64,000 nucleotides of DNA, taken from NCBI GenBank assembly GCA_963762145.1, contig CAVXJS010000019.1, positions 192,001 through 256,000 on the forward strand, written 5' to 3'. Every line of letters starts with the position of its first letter. Positions within the stretch are counted from its first letter, which is position 1. The position numbers and the translations under genes are program-made. The notes below the pieces were generated by a model. That model was not told where the DNA came from, ran no database searches, and saw only the letters and a list, made by a program, of their open reading frames with translations. Source of the DNA: an uncultured Candidatus Rokubacteria bacterium (GTDB lineage Bacteria; Methylomirabilota; Methylomirabilia; Rokubacteriales; CSP1-6). Below, piece by piece: positions 22,666 through 33,071 of the stretch.

Positions 22666-23269
22666 CGAGCGGCGGTCGGGCGCGGCTCACGAAGGGATTG
22701 CCCCGCAGCCAGAAGCGCCACGGCTGCGCGACCCAGTCCCCCGCGTAGTCGATGCCGACGCGCGGGCCGGCCGCGATGGCGTCCGCGGAGACGCGGCGGC
22801 CCGGCTCGAGCCAGATCCGGTCGCCGAGGAGATCGGCGCCGTCGAGCCGGCGGTCGATGCCGAGCGCGATGCAGAGCTTGCCCGGGCCGCTGGTCAGCTC
22901 GCCGGGCGCCGCGCCGCCGCGCCGCCGGCGCATCAGGTCCACGCCCTCGAGCGGCTCCAGGGCGCGCACCAGGACCGCGTGGGGCACGTCCGCGACATTG
23001 GTCACCACGTTGAACTGGTGGTACATGCCGTACACGAAGTAGACGTAGGCGATCCCGCCGCGCGCGTACATCGTCTCGGTGCGGCGGGTGCGCCGGCCCC
23101 CGTAGGCGTGGGAGGCGCGGTCCTCGGGGCCCCGGTAGGCTTCCGTCTCCACGATGATCCCGGACACGCGCCGCCCGTCGCGCGCGCGCGCCACCAGCCG
23201 GGTGCCCAGGAGCCGCCGGGCGAGCGCCACCACGTCCGCGCGCGTGTAGAACGCGCGCCCGAGCTTCAC
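22622..23269 (-). CDS. DNA-3-methyladenine glycosylase (AAG/MPG family)
   Basis: GIIVETEAY, DRASHA, YVYFVYGMY, AVLVRALEP, SGPGKLC, GPRVGI, PWRFW. Confidence 0.92.
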   Translation of the reverse strand: MKLGRAFYTRADVVALARRLLGTRLVARARDGRRVSGIIVETEAYRGPEDRASHAYGGRRTRRTETMYARGGIAYVYFVYGMYHQFNVVTNVADVPHAVLVRALEPLEGVDLMRRRRGGAAPGELTSGPGKLCIALGIDRRLDGADLLGDRIWLEPGRRVSADAIAAGPRVGIDYAGDWVAQPWRFWLRGNPFVSRARPPLVRPAAAARSGRAPT

Positions 23270-25278
23270 GGCGTCCGCGGGGTGCGCGCCGCGCCCGGCT
23301 CGATCGGGAAGAGGCGGTTCTCGCGCATCAGGCGATCGGTGGTCTCGTACAGCGCGAGGAACTCGCGGGTGAGGCGGCTCGCCACCTCGGGGTGCTCGCG
23401 GGAGAGATCGGCGGGCGGCATCGCGTCGCCGTCCACCGCGAGCAGCTCGGCCTCGCCCGCGGTCAGCCGGTACCGCAGCGCGAAGCCGTCCTTGAAATAG
23501 AACGTCTCCTTGGTGTCGCCGCTGATGATCCCGGCGGTGACCGGAGGCTCGAAGAGGCTCCGCCCCATGCCCGCGTAGGCCCGGTCGCCCTCGAGGAGGG
23601 AGCCGATCGTCGGCAGCACGTCCACCTCGCTCGCGACCCGGTCCGGAAGCCCGGACCAGCGGGCGCGCGCGCGCGCGATCGGAGGCCCGGCCAGGATCAG
23701 GGGAAGGCGGAGGCGCTCGAGCGGCAGGGAGCCGAAGGTCGGGCCGGTGTGATCGCCGATCACGACCAGCAGGGTCTGGTCGAAGTCGGGCCGCGCCGCC
23801 CGCAGCCGCTCGACGAACGCCCGAATGCTGTCGTCGGCGTAGCGGAAGGTGCCGAGCGGGCTGTTGCCGAGGGGCATCGGCGCCTCGGGCGGCACCTGCC
23901 ACGGCGAATGGCTCGTCCCGGTCATCACGTAGAGGCTGAAGGGCCCCGGGGTGGCGGTGACCGCGCGCGCGGCCTCCAGGAGCAGCGGGCCGTCGTTGAT
24001 GCCGAGCGGCCCGATCGCGGCCGGGCCCAGCGGCTTCTCGAGCGCGTCGAAGCCGGCGGCGCGGAAGCCCAGGTTGCGGAGAAAGGTCGTGATCTCGGCG
24101 GTGCGGTGGCGGAAGCCGGAGAAGGCATAGTGCTGCGCGCCGGGCGAGGTCAGCATGCGCGGCAGCGAGGCGAAGTAGGTGCCCATGATCGACTGGGAGA
24201 GCCGCACGCCGCTGCCGCCCAGGGCGTGGGTCCAGTGAACGCTCGTGAGCGTCGCGAAGACCGCGCCGTCCGTGGAGGGGAAGCTCTGATAGATGCGCGG
24301 GAAGTAGAGGCCCTCGGCCGCGAGCGAGCGCAGGAACGGCATCACCGGCCCCTGCGGCTCGTCGTGCTCCAGCAGGGTGGCGCCGAGGCCCTCGACCTGG
24401 ATGAGGACCACGTTCCGGATCCCGAGGCCGGCCGTCCCGCGCAGCGTCCGCAGGAGCGGATACGGCCGATCGCCCTCCGGGAGGCCGAGCAGCCGCTGGG
24501 CGAGCGGGAGCGCGTCCACGGTCTCGACCCGATACGGCGGACGCCCGCCCCCCATCGCCACCGGCAGGTACTCGCGGATCAGGTCCCAGAGGGGATTGAC
24601 CACCGCCTGATTGAGCACGTAGTCGTCCAGCGCCATGTGGTGCCGGCTCGCGATCCACGCGACCTCCGTCTTGGGCCGGCCGCCCACCTGCTTGACCGTG
24701 ATCGGCTGCGCCATCGTGAGGGCGAACAGCGCGAGGACGCCCAGCGCGAGCGCGGGAGCGTACCACGGGCGCCACAGGTCGTGGCGGTGGCCGCCGAGCC
24801 GGCGGACGTGGCGCGCGGCGAGCGTGACGAGGCCCGCCAGGACGAGCAGCACCAGCGCCACCAGCAGCGGATGCTCCCGGAGAAAGGGTCGCAGCGCCAC
24901 CCAGATGTCGCCGGGCTCGGCGAGATACGCGAAGAGCATCTCCCAGAGGTGCTGGTTGCGCTCGCGGACGAAGAGCAGATTGATCGCCGCCACGGTGGCG
25001 TTGATCGTGGTGATCACCCAGAGCCCCGCGCCCAGGACGCGCCCGCGCACGCGACGGGTGAGCAGGATGAGTCCGCCCAGGATCAGCAGCTCGAGGCCCA
25101 GGAGGGCCAGGTCCAGGCGGAGGCCGTGGAGCAGCACCGCGGGCACCTCCCCCCACGCGGCGCGCCGGGCGAACCACGCCACGAACAGCAGGCGGTAGGC
25201 GGCCAGCAGGAGCAGGTTGAGGACGACCAGGCCGAGCGCGTGGGCGGTCAGCCGGAGAGCGCGTGGCCCCCCGCTCAT
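23266..25278 (-). CDS. LtaS/OpgB-family membrane-anchored sulfatase-fold phosphotransferase
   Basis: About 5 N-terminal TM (GLRLDL), NVVLIQVEG, FPSTDG (putative nucleophile Thr), TGTSHSPW, YADDSI, VIGDH. Confidence 0.82.
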   Translation of the reverse strand: MSGGPRALRLTAHALGLVVLNLLLLAAYRLLFVAWFARRAAWGEVPAVLLHGLRLDLALLGLELLILGGLILLTRRVRGRVLGAGLWVITTINATVAAINLLFVRERNQHLWEMLFAYLAEPGDIWVALRPFLREHPLLVALVLLVLAGLVTLAARHVRRLGGHRHDLWRPWYAPALALGVLALFALTMAQPITVKQVGGRPKTEVAWIASRHHMALDDYVLNQAVVNPLWDLIREYLPVAMGGGRPPYRVETVDALPLAQRLLGLPEGDRPYPLLRTLRGTAGLGIRNVVLIQVEGLGATLLEHDEPQGPVMPFLRSLAAEGLYFPRIYQSFPSTDGAVFATLTSVHWTHALGGSGVRLSQSIMGTYFASLPRMLTSPGAQHYAFSGFRHRTAEITTFLRNLGFRAAGFDALEKPLGPAAIGPLGINDGPLLLEAARAVTATPGPFSLYVMTGTSHSPWQVPPEAPMPLGNSPLGTFRYADDSIRAFVERLRAARPDFDQTLLVVIGDHTGPTFGSLPLERLRLPLILAGPPIARARARWSGLPDRVASEVDVLPTIGSLLEGDRAYAGMGRSLFEPPVTAGIISGDTKETFYFKDGFALRYRLTAGEAELLAVDGDAMPPADLSREHPEVASRLTREFLALYETTDRLMRENRLFPIEPGAARTPRTP

Positions 25279-26663
25279 CGCACCCCGAAGAGCGACGCGA
25301 AGAACTCCACGCGCTGTCCGAAGGTGGCGGCGCTCGCGTCCGCCCAGATGCTGATGAGCGCGAAGAATGTCCATACGCCGGCGATCTGACGGATCCGCGA
25401 CGGCAGCGTGGTGGGGGTGGCCGCCCCGGCGCCCCGCCGCTGCTGCTCGCGCCGCATCGAGACGTAGATGCCGAGGCTCAGCAGCAGGCAGTAGAACGAG
25501 CGGGCCTCGAGCCACGGGCGGAGCCCGGGCAGGTCGAGGGTCAGCAGGAACGTATCGTTGAACACGATGTGGTAGTAGAGGTTGCCGAAACCCGCGGCGG
25601 CGAGGGTCGCGGCGAGCATGCGCAGCGCCGGCCGCCCCCGGAAGCGGCGCACGTAGGTCGGGAAGAAGAAGAAGTCGACCAGCATCTCCTTGAAGTAATA
25701 GTAGTAGCGGTTCCAGAACTCGACCAGGGACGGGGCCAGGAGCGGCTTGTAGGTGTTGCGGAAGATGTTGAACCCGAAGAGCCGGAGCACCCCGATGATC
25801 TCGTGCCCCCGCGCGGCCACCTTCAGCACGTCCCAGATCAGCCCGGCGTAGAGCGCGCTCCACGCCGCCGCCCACGGCGCCCCGGCGCCCGCGGGCAGGA
25901 GCGCCTCGACGCGCGGTACCCCGAGCCCGTACGCGCTCCAGGTCCCCCGCGGCTCGGCGTAGACCAGCCCGGCCATCAGCCCGAGGAGACCGTGGTAGAT
26001 CGCGGCGAGCGCGAGGAGCTTGAGCCCGGCGAGCTGCGAGCGGGCGAGGGCCTCCTCGCTCGTGGCCTCGTGCCGCGCCAGATGATCGAGCCCCTTGCCG
26101 TAGGGCACGCCGGTACCGCCGTAGGCGGGATAGAGGTAGAGCAGGTGATCGGAGAAGCGGGTGCCCGCCATGCGCCCGCGCTGGCCGGAGAGGAGGAGGT
26201 AGCCCAGGCGCCAGAGCAGGAAGGCCAGCGCCAGCACGAGCCCCGAGAGCGTGAGGGCGACCACGCCCCCGCCGTCGGGGACGAGCCAGCCCAGGACCAC
26301 GATCGTCCAGAAGGCGCCGTGCAGCCAGAGCTGGGGCCGGCCGCGCACGATCGCGGGCAGGGACGCGAAGCGGCGCGCGGCCACGTAGACCGCCACCGCC
26401 ACGACGAGGCAGAGCAGCACGATCAGCGCGGCGGCGAGCGGGCCGGCCGGGGCGCGGACATCCACCGCGGGCGCCATCTCCTTGAGGGGTCGCCGCACGA
26501 CGATGTAGAGCGCGCCCAGGGCGAGCAGCGCCCGGCGCCGCCGCGGCGTCAGGCGGGAGAGCAGCGGCCCGGTCCACGCCTGCCAGCGCGCCACGACGGC
26601 GGGATTCTCGTGGAGCTGGGTCAGTCGCCGCGTCGTGCCCCGGAAGCCCGCCGCGCCGCTCAC
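25275..26663 (-). CDS. MBOAT-family membrane O-acyltransferase (DltB/AlgI-like, divergent)
   Basis: Multi-TM; FRNTYKPLLAPSLVEFWNRY resembles the MBOAT N..P..A.S..FW.RW motif; GNLYYH putative catalytic His. Confidence 0.72.
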   Translation of the reverse strand: MSGAAGFRGTTRRLTQLHENPAVVARWQAWTGPLLSRLTPRRRRALLALGALYIVVRRPLKEMAPAVDVRAPAGPLAAALIVLLCLVVAVAVYVAARRFASLPAIVRGRPQLWLHGAFWTIVVLGWLVPDGGGVVALTLSGLVLALAFLLWRLGYLLLSGQRGRMAGTRFSDHLLYLYPAYGGTGVPYGKGLDHLARHEATSEEALARSQLAGLKLLALAAIYHGLLGLMAGLVYAEPRGTWSAYGLGVPRVEALLPAGAGAPWAAAWSALYAGLIWDVLKVAARGHEIIGVLRLFGFNIFRNTYKPLLAPSLVEFWNRYYYYFKEMLVDFFFFPTYVRRFRGRPALRMLAATLAAAGFGNLYYHIVFNDTFLLTLDLPGLRPWLEARSFYCLLLSLGIYVSMRREQQRRGAGAATPTTLPSRIRQIAGVWTFFALISIWADASAATFGQRVEFFASLFGVR

Positions 26664-26911
26664 CGGACCTCCCGCTCGATCAGGTCCAGGATGCCGCTCA
26701 CCGAGGTGAGCTGCTCCGGCTCCAGGCCGACCGTCGCGAAGTCGATCCGGTACTGCTCCTCGAGAAAGGCCACGATCTCGAGCAGGGCCAGCGAGTCGAT
26801 CAGCCCGCTCTCCACGAGGCTGTCGGTCTCCGCCACCGAGTCGAGCGGCCGGTCGGGCTTCTGGATGGTGCGCAGGAACTCGAGCACCCGCTCCCGGTGG
26901 CGCTGGCGCAC
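26660..26911 (-). CDS. Acyl/aminoacyl carrier protein (DltC-like)
   Basis: 83 aa acidic protein with GLIDSLALLEIVAFLEEQY (phosphopantetheinylation Ser). Confidence 0.88.
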   Translation of the reverse strand: MRQRHRERVLEFLRTIQKPDRPLDSVAETDSLVESGLIDSLALLEIVAFLEEQYRIDFATVGLEPEQLTSVSGILDLIEREVR

Positions 26912-28420
26912 TCAGCGTCCCTGCAGGATGCGGGCGAGATCGAGGGGCGGGCGCCCCGCGCAGGCCTCGCGCACCGCCTCGCGGCTCACCTTGCCGCGCT
27001 CGGATCGCGGGATCGCGTCCACCAGCCACCACCGCGCCGGCAGCTTGCCCTCGGCCAGCCGCCCGCGGATCCACGCGTGCGCCTCGCGCACCGCCGCGTC
27101 GTCGCCTTCGGTGAGCGCGATCGCGAGGCCCACGTTCTGCCCGTAGAGCGGATCGTCCACCGCGAAGGCGCAGACGTCGGCGACGCGTGGGCAGCCCTCG
27201 GCCGCCGCGTCGACCTCCGCGGGGGAGATCTTGAGCCCGCCCTTGTTGATCTCGTCGCGCTCGCGCCCGCGCAGGTGGAGCCAGCCGCGCTCGTCGAGGA
27301 GCCCCAGGTCGCCGGTGGCGAAGCGGCCGTTCTGGATCGCCCGCCGGGTCAGGTCGTCCTGCCCGAGGTAGCCGCGCATGAGCGTCGGGCTCTCGATCCA
27401 CACCTCGCCGACCTCACCCGCCGCACACGGCGCCGCGTCGGCGCGCTGCACGTGCAGGACCGCGCCCCATGGCGGCCCGATGAGGCCGTCCGCCGGGGTG
27501 AACGGGCCGTCCGAGGTGCCCGCCACCCAGCTCCCGGTCTCGGTGAGGCCGTAGGTGTTGAAGACCTCCTGCGTGCCCGCCCAGCCGCGAATGCTCTCCC
27601 ACAGCGTCGCGGGCAGGGGGGCCGAGCCGCAGTGCACTCGCCGGAGCGTGCCGCCGCGCGGCGGGCGGGCCACCCGGAGCGCGAGGCGCCACATCGCGGG
27701 CACCGACGACAGGAAGCTGATCCGGTGCTCGTCGATGATCGTTCCCAGCCGGAGCAGCAGATCGGGCCGGAAGGGCGGCGTGATGAACAGGTCCCGGCCG
27801 GCGAGCCAGGGGAAGAGGCTGTTGCAGATGAGCCCGTGCCCGAAGTGGGTCGGCAGGAGGCACAGCGTGCGGGCGTAGGCCTCGAGGCCGAGCGCGTCCC
27901 GCAAGGCGTTCCACCGGGCGGCCAGCGAGGCGTGGGTGTGCACGACGCCCTTGGGCACGCCGCTGGACCCGGAAGTGAAGAGGACGAGCGCGTCGCACTC
28001 CGGGCGGGCCGCGTCCGCCGGCAGATCGGCGGGTGAGAGCGGCTGGGTGGCGTCGACGACCGTCACTCGGGGCGGGAGCGCGCGGGCGATCACGCCGTCC
28101 GTGCCGTCGTCCACCACCGAGAAGCGGGGCGCCACGGTCTCCACGAGGCGCTCGAGCTCGACGCGGGTGAGGGTCGGGTCCAGGGGCACCGCGACGGCGC
28201 CCGATCGCCAGATCGCCAGGAGCTCGGCGAAGAACTCGAGCCGGTTGCCGAAGTGCAGCAACACGCGGTCGCCGGGGTGGAGGCCATCGCGGCAATAGCG
28301 GGCGGCCCGGGCCGAGACCTCGCGTGTCACGACCGGCGGAGTCCAGTGCCGACCGGTCAACGGCTCGGTGAGCGGGCCGACGGTCAGCAGGACGCGCGCC
28401 TCTTCATGACCGTTCTGCAT
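26912..28420 (-). CDS. AMP-dependent synthetase/ligase (ANL superfamily)
   Basis: FTSGSSGVPKGV, YGLTET, TGDLG, INKGGLKISP, PRSERGKV. Confidence 0.9.
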   Translation of the reverse strand: MQNGHEEARVLLTVGPLTEPLTGRHWTPPVVTREVSARAARYCRDGLHPGDRVLLHFGNRLEFFAELLAIWRSGAVAVPLDPTLTRVELERLVETVAPRFSVVDDGTDGVIARALPPRVTVVDATQPLSPADLPADAARPECDALVLFTSGSSGVPKGVVHTHASLAARWNALRDALGLEAYARTLCLLPTHFGHGLICNSLFPWLAGRDLFITPPFRPDLLLRLGTIIDEHRISFLSSVPAMWRLALRVARPPRGGTLRRVHCGSAPLPATLWESIRGWAGTQEVFNTYGLTETGSWVAGTSDGPFTPADGLIGPPWGAVLHVQRADAAPCAAGEVGEVWIESPTLMRGYLGQDDLTRRAIQNGRFATGDLGLLDERGWLHLRGRERDEINKGGLKISPAEVDAAAEGCPRVADVCAFAVDDPLYGQNVGLAIALTEGDDAAVREAHAWIRGRLAEGKLPARWWLVDAIPRSERGKVSREAVREACAGRPPLDLARILQGR

Positions 28421-28536
28421 GATACCGCGAGGGGCGCACGGGGAGAAAACACCACGGGCGCGGCCGAGAAGGGACCGCGCCCGTGATCCGACGCCGGCGG
28501 ACTACCCGGCGCCGCCTGCTGCGTTGGGCCGCCCCG

Positions 28537-28758
28537 CTAGCGGCGCGCTCCCACCACGAGCAGAACCACTCCGCCGGCGAGCGCCAGCCCGCCCAGGATC
28601 GGCGGGAGGGGGATCGTCCGCTCCTTGTCGGCGGTCGCCTTGATCGGGCCCAGATCGATGATCTTCTCCCGCGTGGTATAGGTGATGCCCTGGTAGGCGA
28701 GGGACACCACCCCGATGGCGATCAGCACGATGGCGATGATGAGGGTTCCGCTCTTCAT
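28537..28758 (-). CDS. Small 2-TM membrane protein (DUF3185-like)
   Basis: LAYQGITYTTREKIIDLGPI..TIPLPPILGGLALAGG. Confidence 0.75.
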   Translation of the reverse strand: MKSGTLIIAIVLIAIGVVSLAYQGITYTTREKIIDLGPIKATADKERTIPLPPILGGLALAGGVVLLVVGARR

Positions 28759-28771
28759 GCGATCTTCTCCG

Positions 28772-29374
28772 TCAGAAGCGGGCGGTGAAGCGCCCGGCCT
28801 TGCTGTCCTTGTGGCGCTGCTCGACCACTTCCCAGTTGACGTTCTCGAGAAAGGCCTCGATGTAGTCCTCGCGGCCCCCGGCCCCGTGATCCACCATGAA
28901 GGCGTGCTCGAACACGTCGAGCACCACGACCGGATCGAAGCCGGCCGGGTGGCCCTGCTCGTGACTCGACACCCACCAGTTGAAGAGACCGCCGGTGGCG
29001 GGATCCCGGTACAGGATGGCCCAGCCGACGCCGCGCATGCCGCCGGTCTTGGCGAAGTCCTCGCGCCAGGCGCCCACCGAGCCCCAGGCCGCGCCCAGAT
29101 CCACCGAGAGATCGCTTCCCGGGGAGAGCTTGGAGCCCCCGGCGAGGTTGCCGAAGTAGTACTCGTGCAGCACGATGCCGTCGACCTCGAACCCGAGGCG
29201 CCGCTTCAGCTCGGCCCAGACGGGTGTGCCGGGCTCCGCCTTGGCGGCGCCATCGAGGAGACCGTTCGCGGCCTTGACGTAGCCCTCGTAGAGCTTCCAG
29301 TGCTGGTCGATCTGATCGTCCGAGATGCCCGCCAGCGCCTTCGGCTTGAGATGATCCTGGACCTTGAAGTTCAT
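28772..29374 (-). CDS. Fe/Mn superoxide dismutase
   Basis: Metal ligands QHWKLY, LHEYYF, DVFEHAF; GVGWA. Confidence 0.88.
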   Translation of the reverse strand: MNFKVQDHLKPKALAGISDDQIDQHWKLYEGYVKAANGLLDGAAKAEPGTPVWAELKRRLGFEVDGIVLHEYYFGNLAGGSKLSPGSDLSVDLGAAWGSVGAWREDFAKTGGMRGVGWAILYRDPATGGLFNWWVSSHEQGHPAGFDPVVVLDVFEHAFMVDHGAGGREDYIEAFLENVNWEVVEQRHKDSKAGRFTARF

Positions 29375-29388
29375 GACGTGCTCCGGCC

Positions 29389-29538
29389 CTAGATCGGCCG
29401 TCGACCCTGGATGACCCGGATCAGGACGACCGCGATGGCGATGAGGAGCAAGAGGTGGATGAAGCCGCCGAGCGTGTAAGAACTGACCATGCCCACCGCC
29501 CAGAGCACCAGCAAGACCACGAAGATCGTCCACAGCAT
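29389..29538 (-). CDS. lmo0937-family small membrane protein
   Basis: MLWTIFVVLLVLWAVGMVSSYTLGGFIHLLLLIAIAVVLIRVIQGRR; GGAGG RBS upstream. Confidence 0.85.
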   Translation of the reverse strand: MLWTIFVVLLVLWAVGMVSSYTLGGFIHLLLLIAIAVVLIRVIQGRRPI

Positions 29539-29600
29539 GTGAGTCATCCTCCCATGTCCTGCGAGTAGGAATGCTCGATCCCGTTCGTGCGTGTCCAGTA

Positions 29601-29616
29601 CGCACACGATGTGCCA
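29601..29616 (-). promoter_or_regulatory. Sigma54 -24/-12 promoter for the lmo0937-SOD-DUF3185 operon
   Basis: TGGCACATCGTGTGCG, GG-N10-GC. Confidence 0.65.
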
Positions 29617-29742
29617 CCCCGGGTCAAGCAGGCGAAGTGCGTGATTCGTGACGCGGAAGTCGCGTTGATGCAGCGCGCACCGGCACGACGGCGCCCGGGG
29701 GCGGGTCAGGATTACCGGGTAGAAGGGTTCCGTTCCCGCAGG

Positions 29743-29758
29743 TGGCACGTCACTTGCG
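29743..29758 (+). promoter_or_regulatory. Sigma54 -24/-12 promoter
   Basis: TGGCACGTCACTTGCG, just upstream of ATG 29773. Confidence 0.75.
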
Positions 29759-29772
29759 ACCGTTCAGGCGTC

Positions 29773-30003
29773 ATGAGAACTCCCCGACCCCTGGAGATGG
29801 AGATCGTGCTGCCGGTGGCGGCGCGAGCAACGTTTGGATTCGTGGCCGGCTTCACCCGCGCGATGACCACGACACTGGGCGCCCTCGTGCTCATGACGAG
29901 CCTGGTGCCTGTGTTCGCGGTGTGCATGGCCGCGCTGGGCGCGCGGCAACCGGACGAGGAGCGATTCAGGTCGTCGGCTGACTCCGGTCGAGAATCCGCC
30001 TGA
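29773..30003 (+). CDS. Hypothetical small membrane protein
   Basis: MRTPRPLEMEIVL..hydrophobic segment; directly behind a sigma54 box. Confidence 0.5.
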   Translation: MRTPRPLEMEIVLPVAARATFGFVAGFTRAMTTTLGALVLMTSLVPVFAVCMAALGARQPDEERFRSSADSGRESA

Positions 30004-31391
30004 TCCCGGCCAGCGGGATCGCGACCCATTCCGGGCGGTTGTCGAGCTCGTAGCGGAGCTCGTAGGCCGCCTTCTGTAGCTCGAAGGGGGCGACCGCCGA
30101 GCGGAGTGCCTCGGCGGTCGCCGGGACGAGCGGCACCGTGCTTTCCGTGACCGTGTCCAGATAGCCGGCGAGGAAGGCGTCGCGGGCCCGCGCCTCCCAG
30201 GCGGTGAGCGCGACGAGGGCCGTGGCGCGCTCGGATTCCGGGCGACGGAACGCGATCGCGTGCACCGCGTAGTCCAGGGACCGCAGCATGCCCGCCACGT
30301 CGCGCAGGGCGGGCTGTTTCTGGCGGCGCTCGCCGAGCGGCCGGGCCGGCTCCCCTTCGAAGTCGATGATCACGAAGTCGTCGGTCGTCTTGAGCACCTG
30401 GCCGAGGTGGTAGTCGCCGTGCACGCGGATCTTCACCGTCTCGCCCGGGAGCCCATCCAGCGCCGCGAGCGCCCGCGGCACGGCGTCCGCCGTCTGCGCG
30501 CCGTCGGCGCCGAGCCGCGCCCGGACGTCTGAAGCCGCCAGCTCGCGCGCGATGTCGCCGGCCCACCGCGCGACGTCGTCGTGGCCGACGGGCTCCGGGC
30601 GGAAGTCCTCGTCACGATGGTCGGAGGCCAGCGCGGCGTGCAGGCCTCCGGTGACCGCGCCCAGGCGATGGACCTCTTGCAGGAGGGGATCGGGCCGTCG
30701 CTCGATCTCAGGGCCGCGGGCCGCGAGCGCCGAGACCACGTGAGTCCATCCGTCTCCGGTATTCGGCACGAACGCCTGGAGCACCGCGAGCGCCGCGGGC
30801 TCGCCCGCGCCGGCGTACTCGACCCAGCCCGCCAGCCGCGGCACGTGGCGGAAGGCGGTGCGCGTCGTGAGGAACCGGGTGATCTCGAGATCGGGGTTGA
30901 GGCCAGGCTGGGGTCGGCGCAGCGACTTGAGCACGAGGTCGCCCACCACGATCGAGGTATTGCTCTGCTCGCCGGTGAGGCGCCGGGCGACCAGCGCGTC
31001 CGGATCGGGCGGGAATGCCCAGCCCTCCGTGGGCCGGAAGGCGAAGCGGCCGTGGCGACCCTCGGCGGAGAGGCCGGACGCGATGGCGGCGAGGACGCGA
31101 CCTCCGAAGCGCGGGTCGTGGTGGGCGTCCACCACTGCCTCCGCGCCCGCGCGCGCGAGCGTCGCCTCCGGCGCGGCCTCGGCCGACACGGTGACCGGGA
31201 CGTAGTAGCGGTCGCCGTCCACCGCGAGGAGCAGGAGCACGCACGGCCCGTCGGGATCGAGGACGGCCCAGTCGAGCACCTCCACCGCCCCGACGCCGCG
31301 GGTCTTGGCCGCGAACCAGCGCTGGCGGATCAGGAAGCGCGCGAGATCGGGGCGGCCGGGGCCCGCGAGCAGCGCGACGAGGGCGGCGGGA

Positions 31392-31417
<26 letters not shown>
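29966..31417 (-). CDS. mak: Maltokinase (Mak/Pep2-like)
   Basis: [54 protein letters not shown]. Confidence 0.88.
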
Positions 31418-33064
<1,647 letters not shown>

Positions 33065-33071
33065 GATCTGC

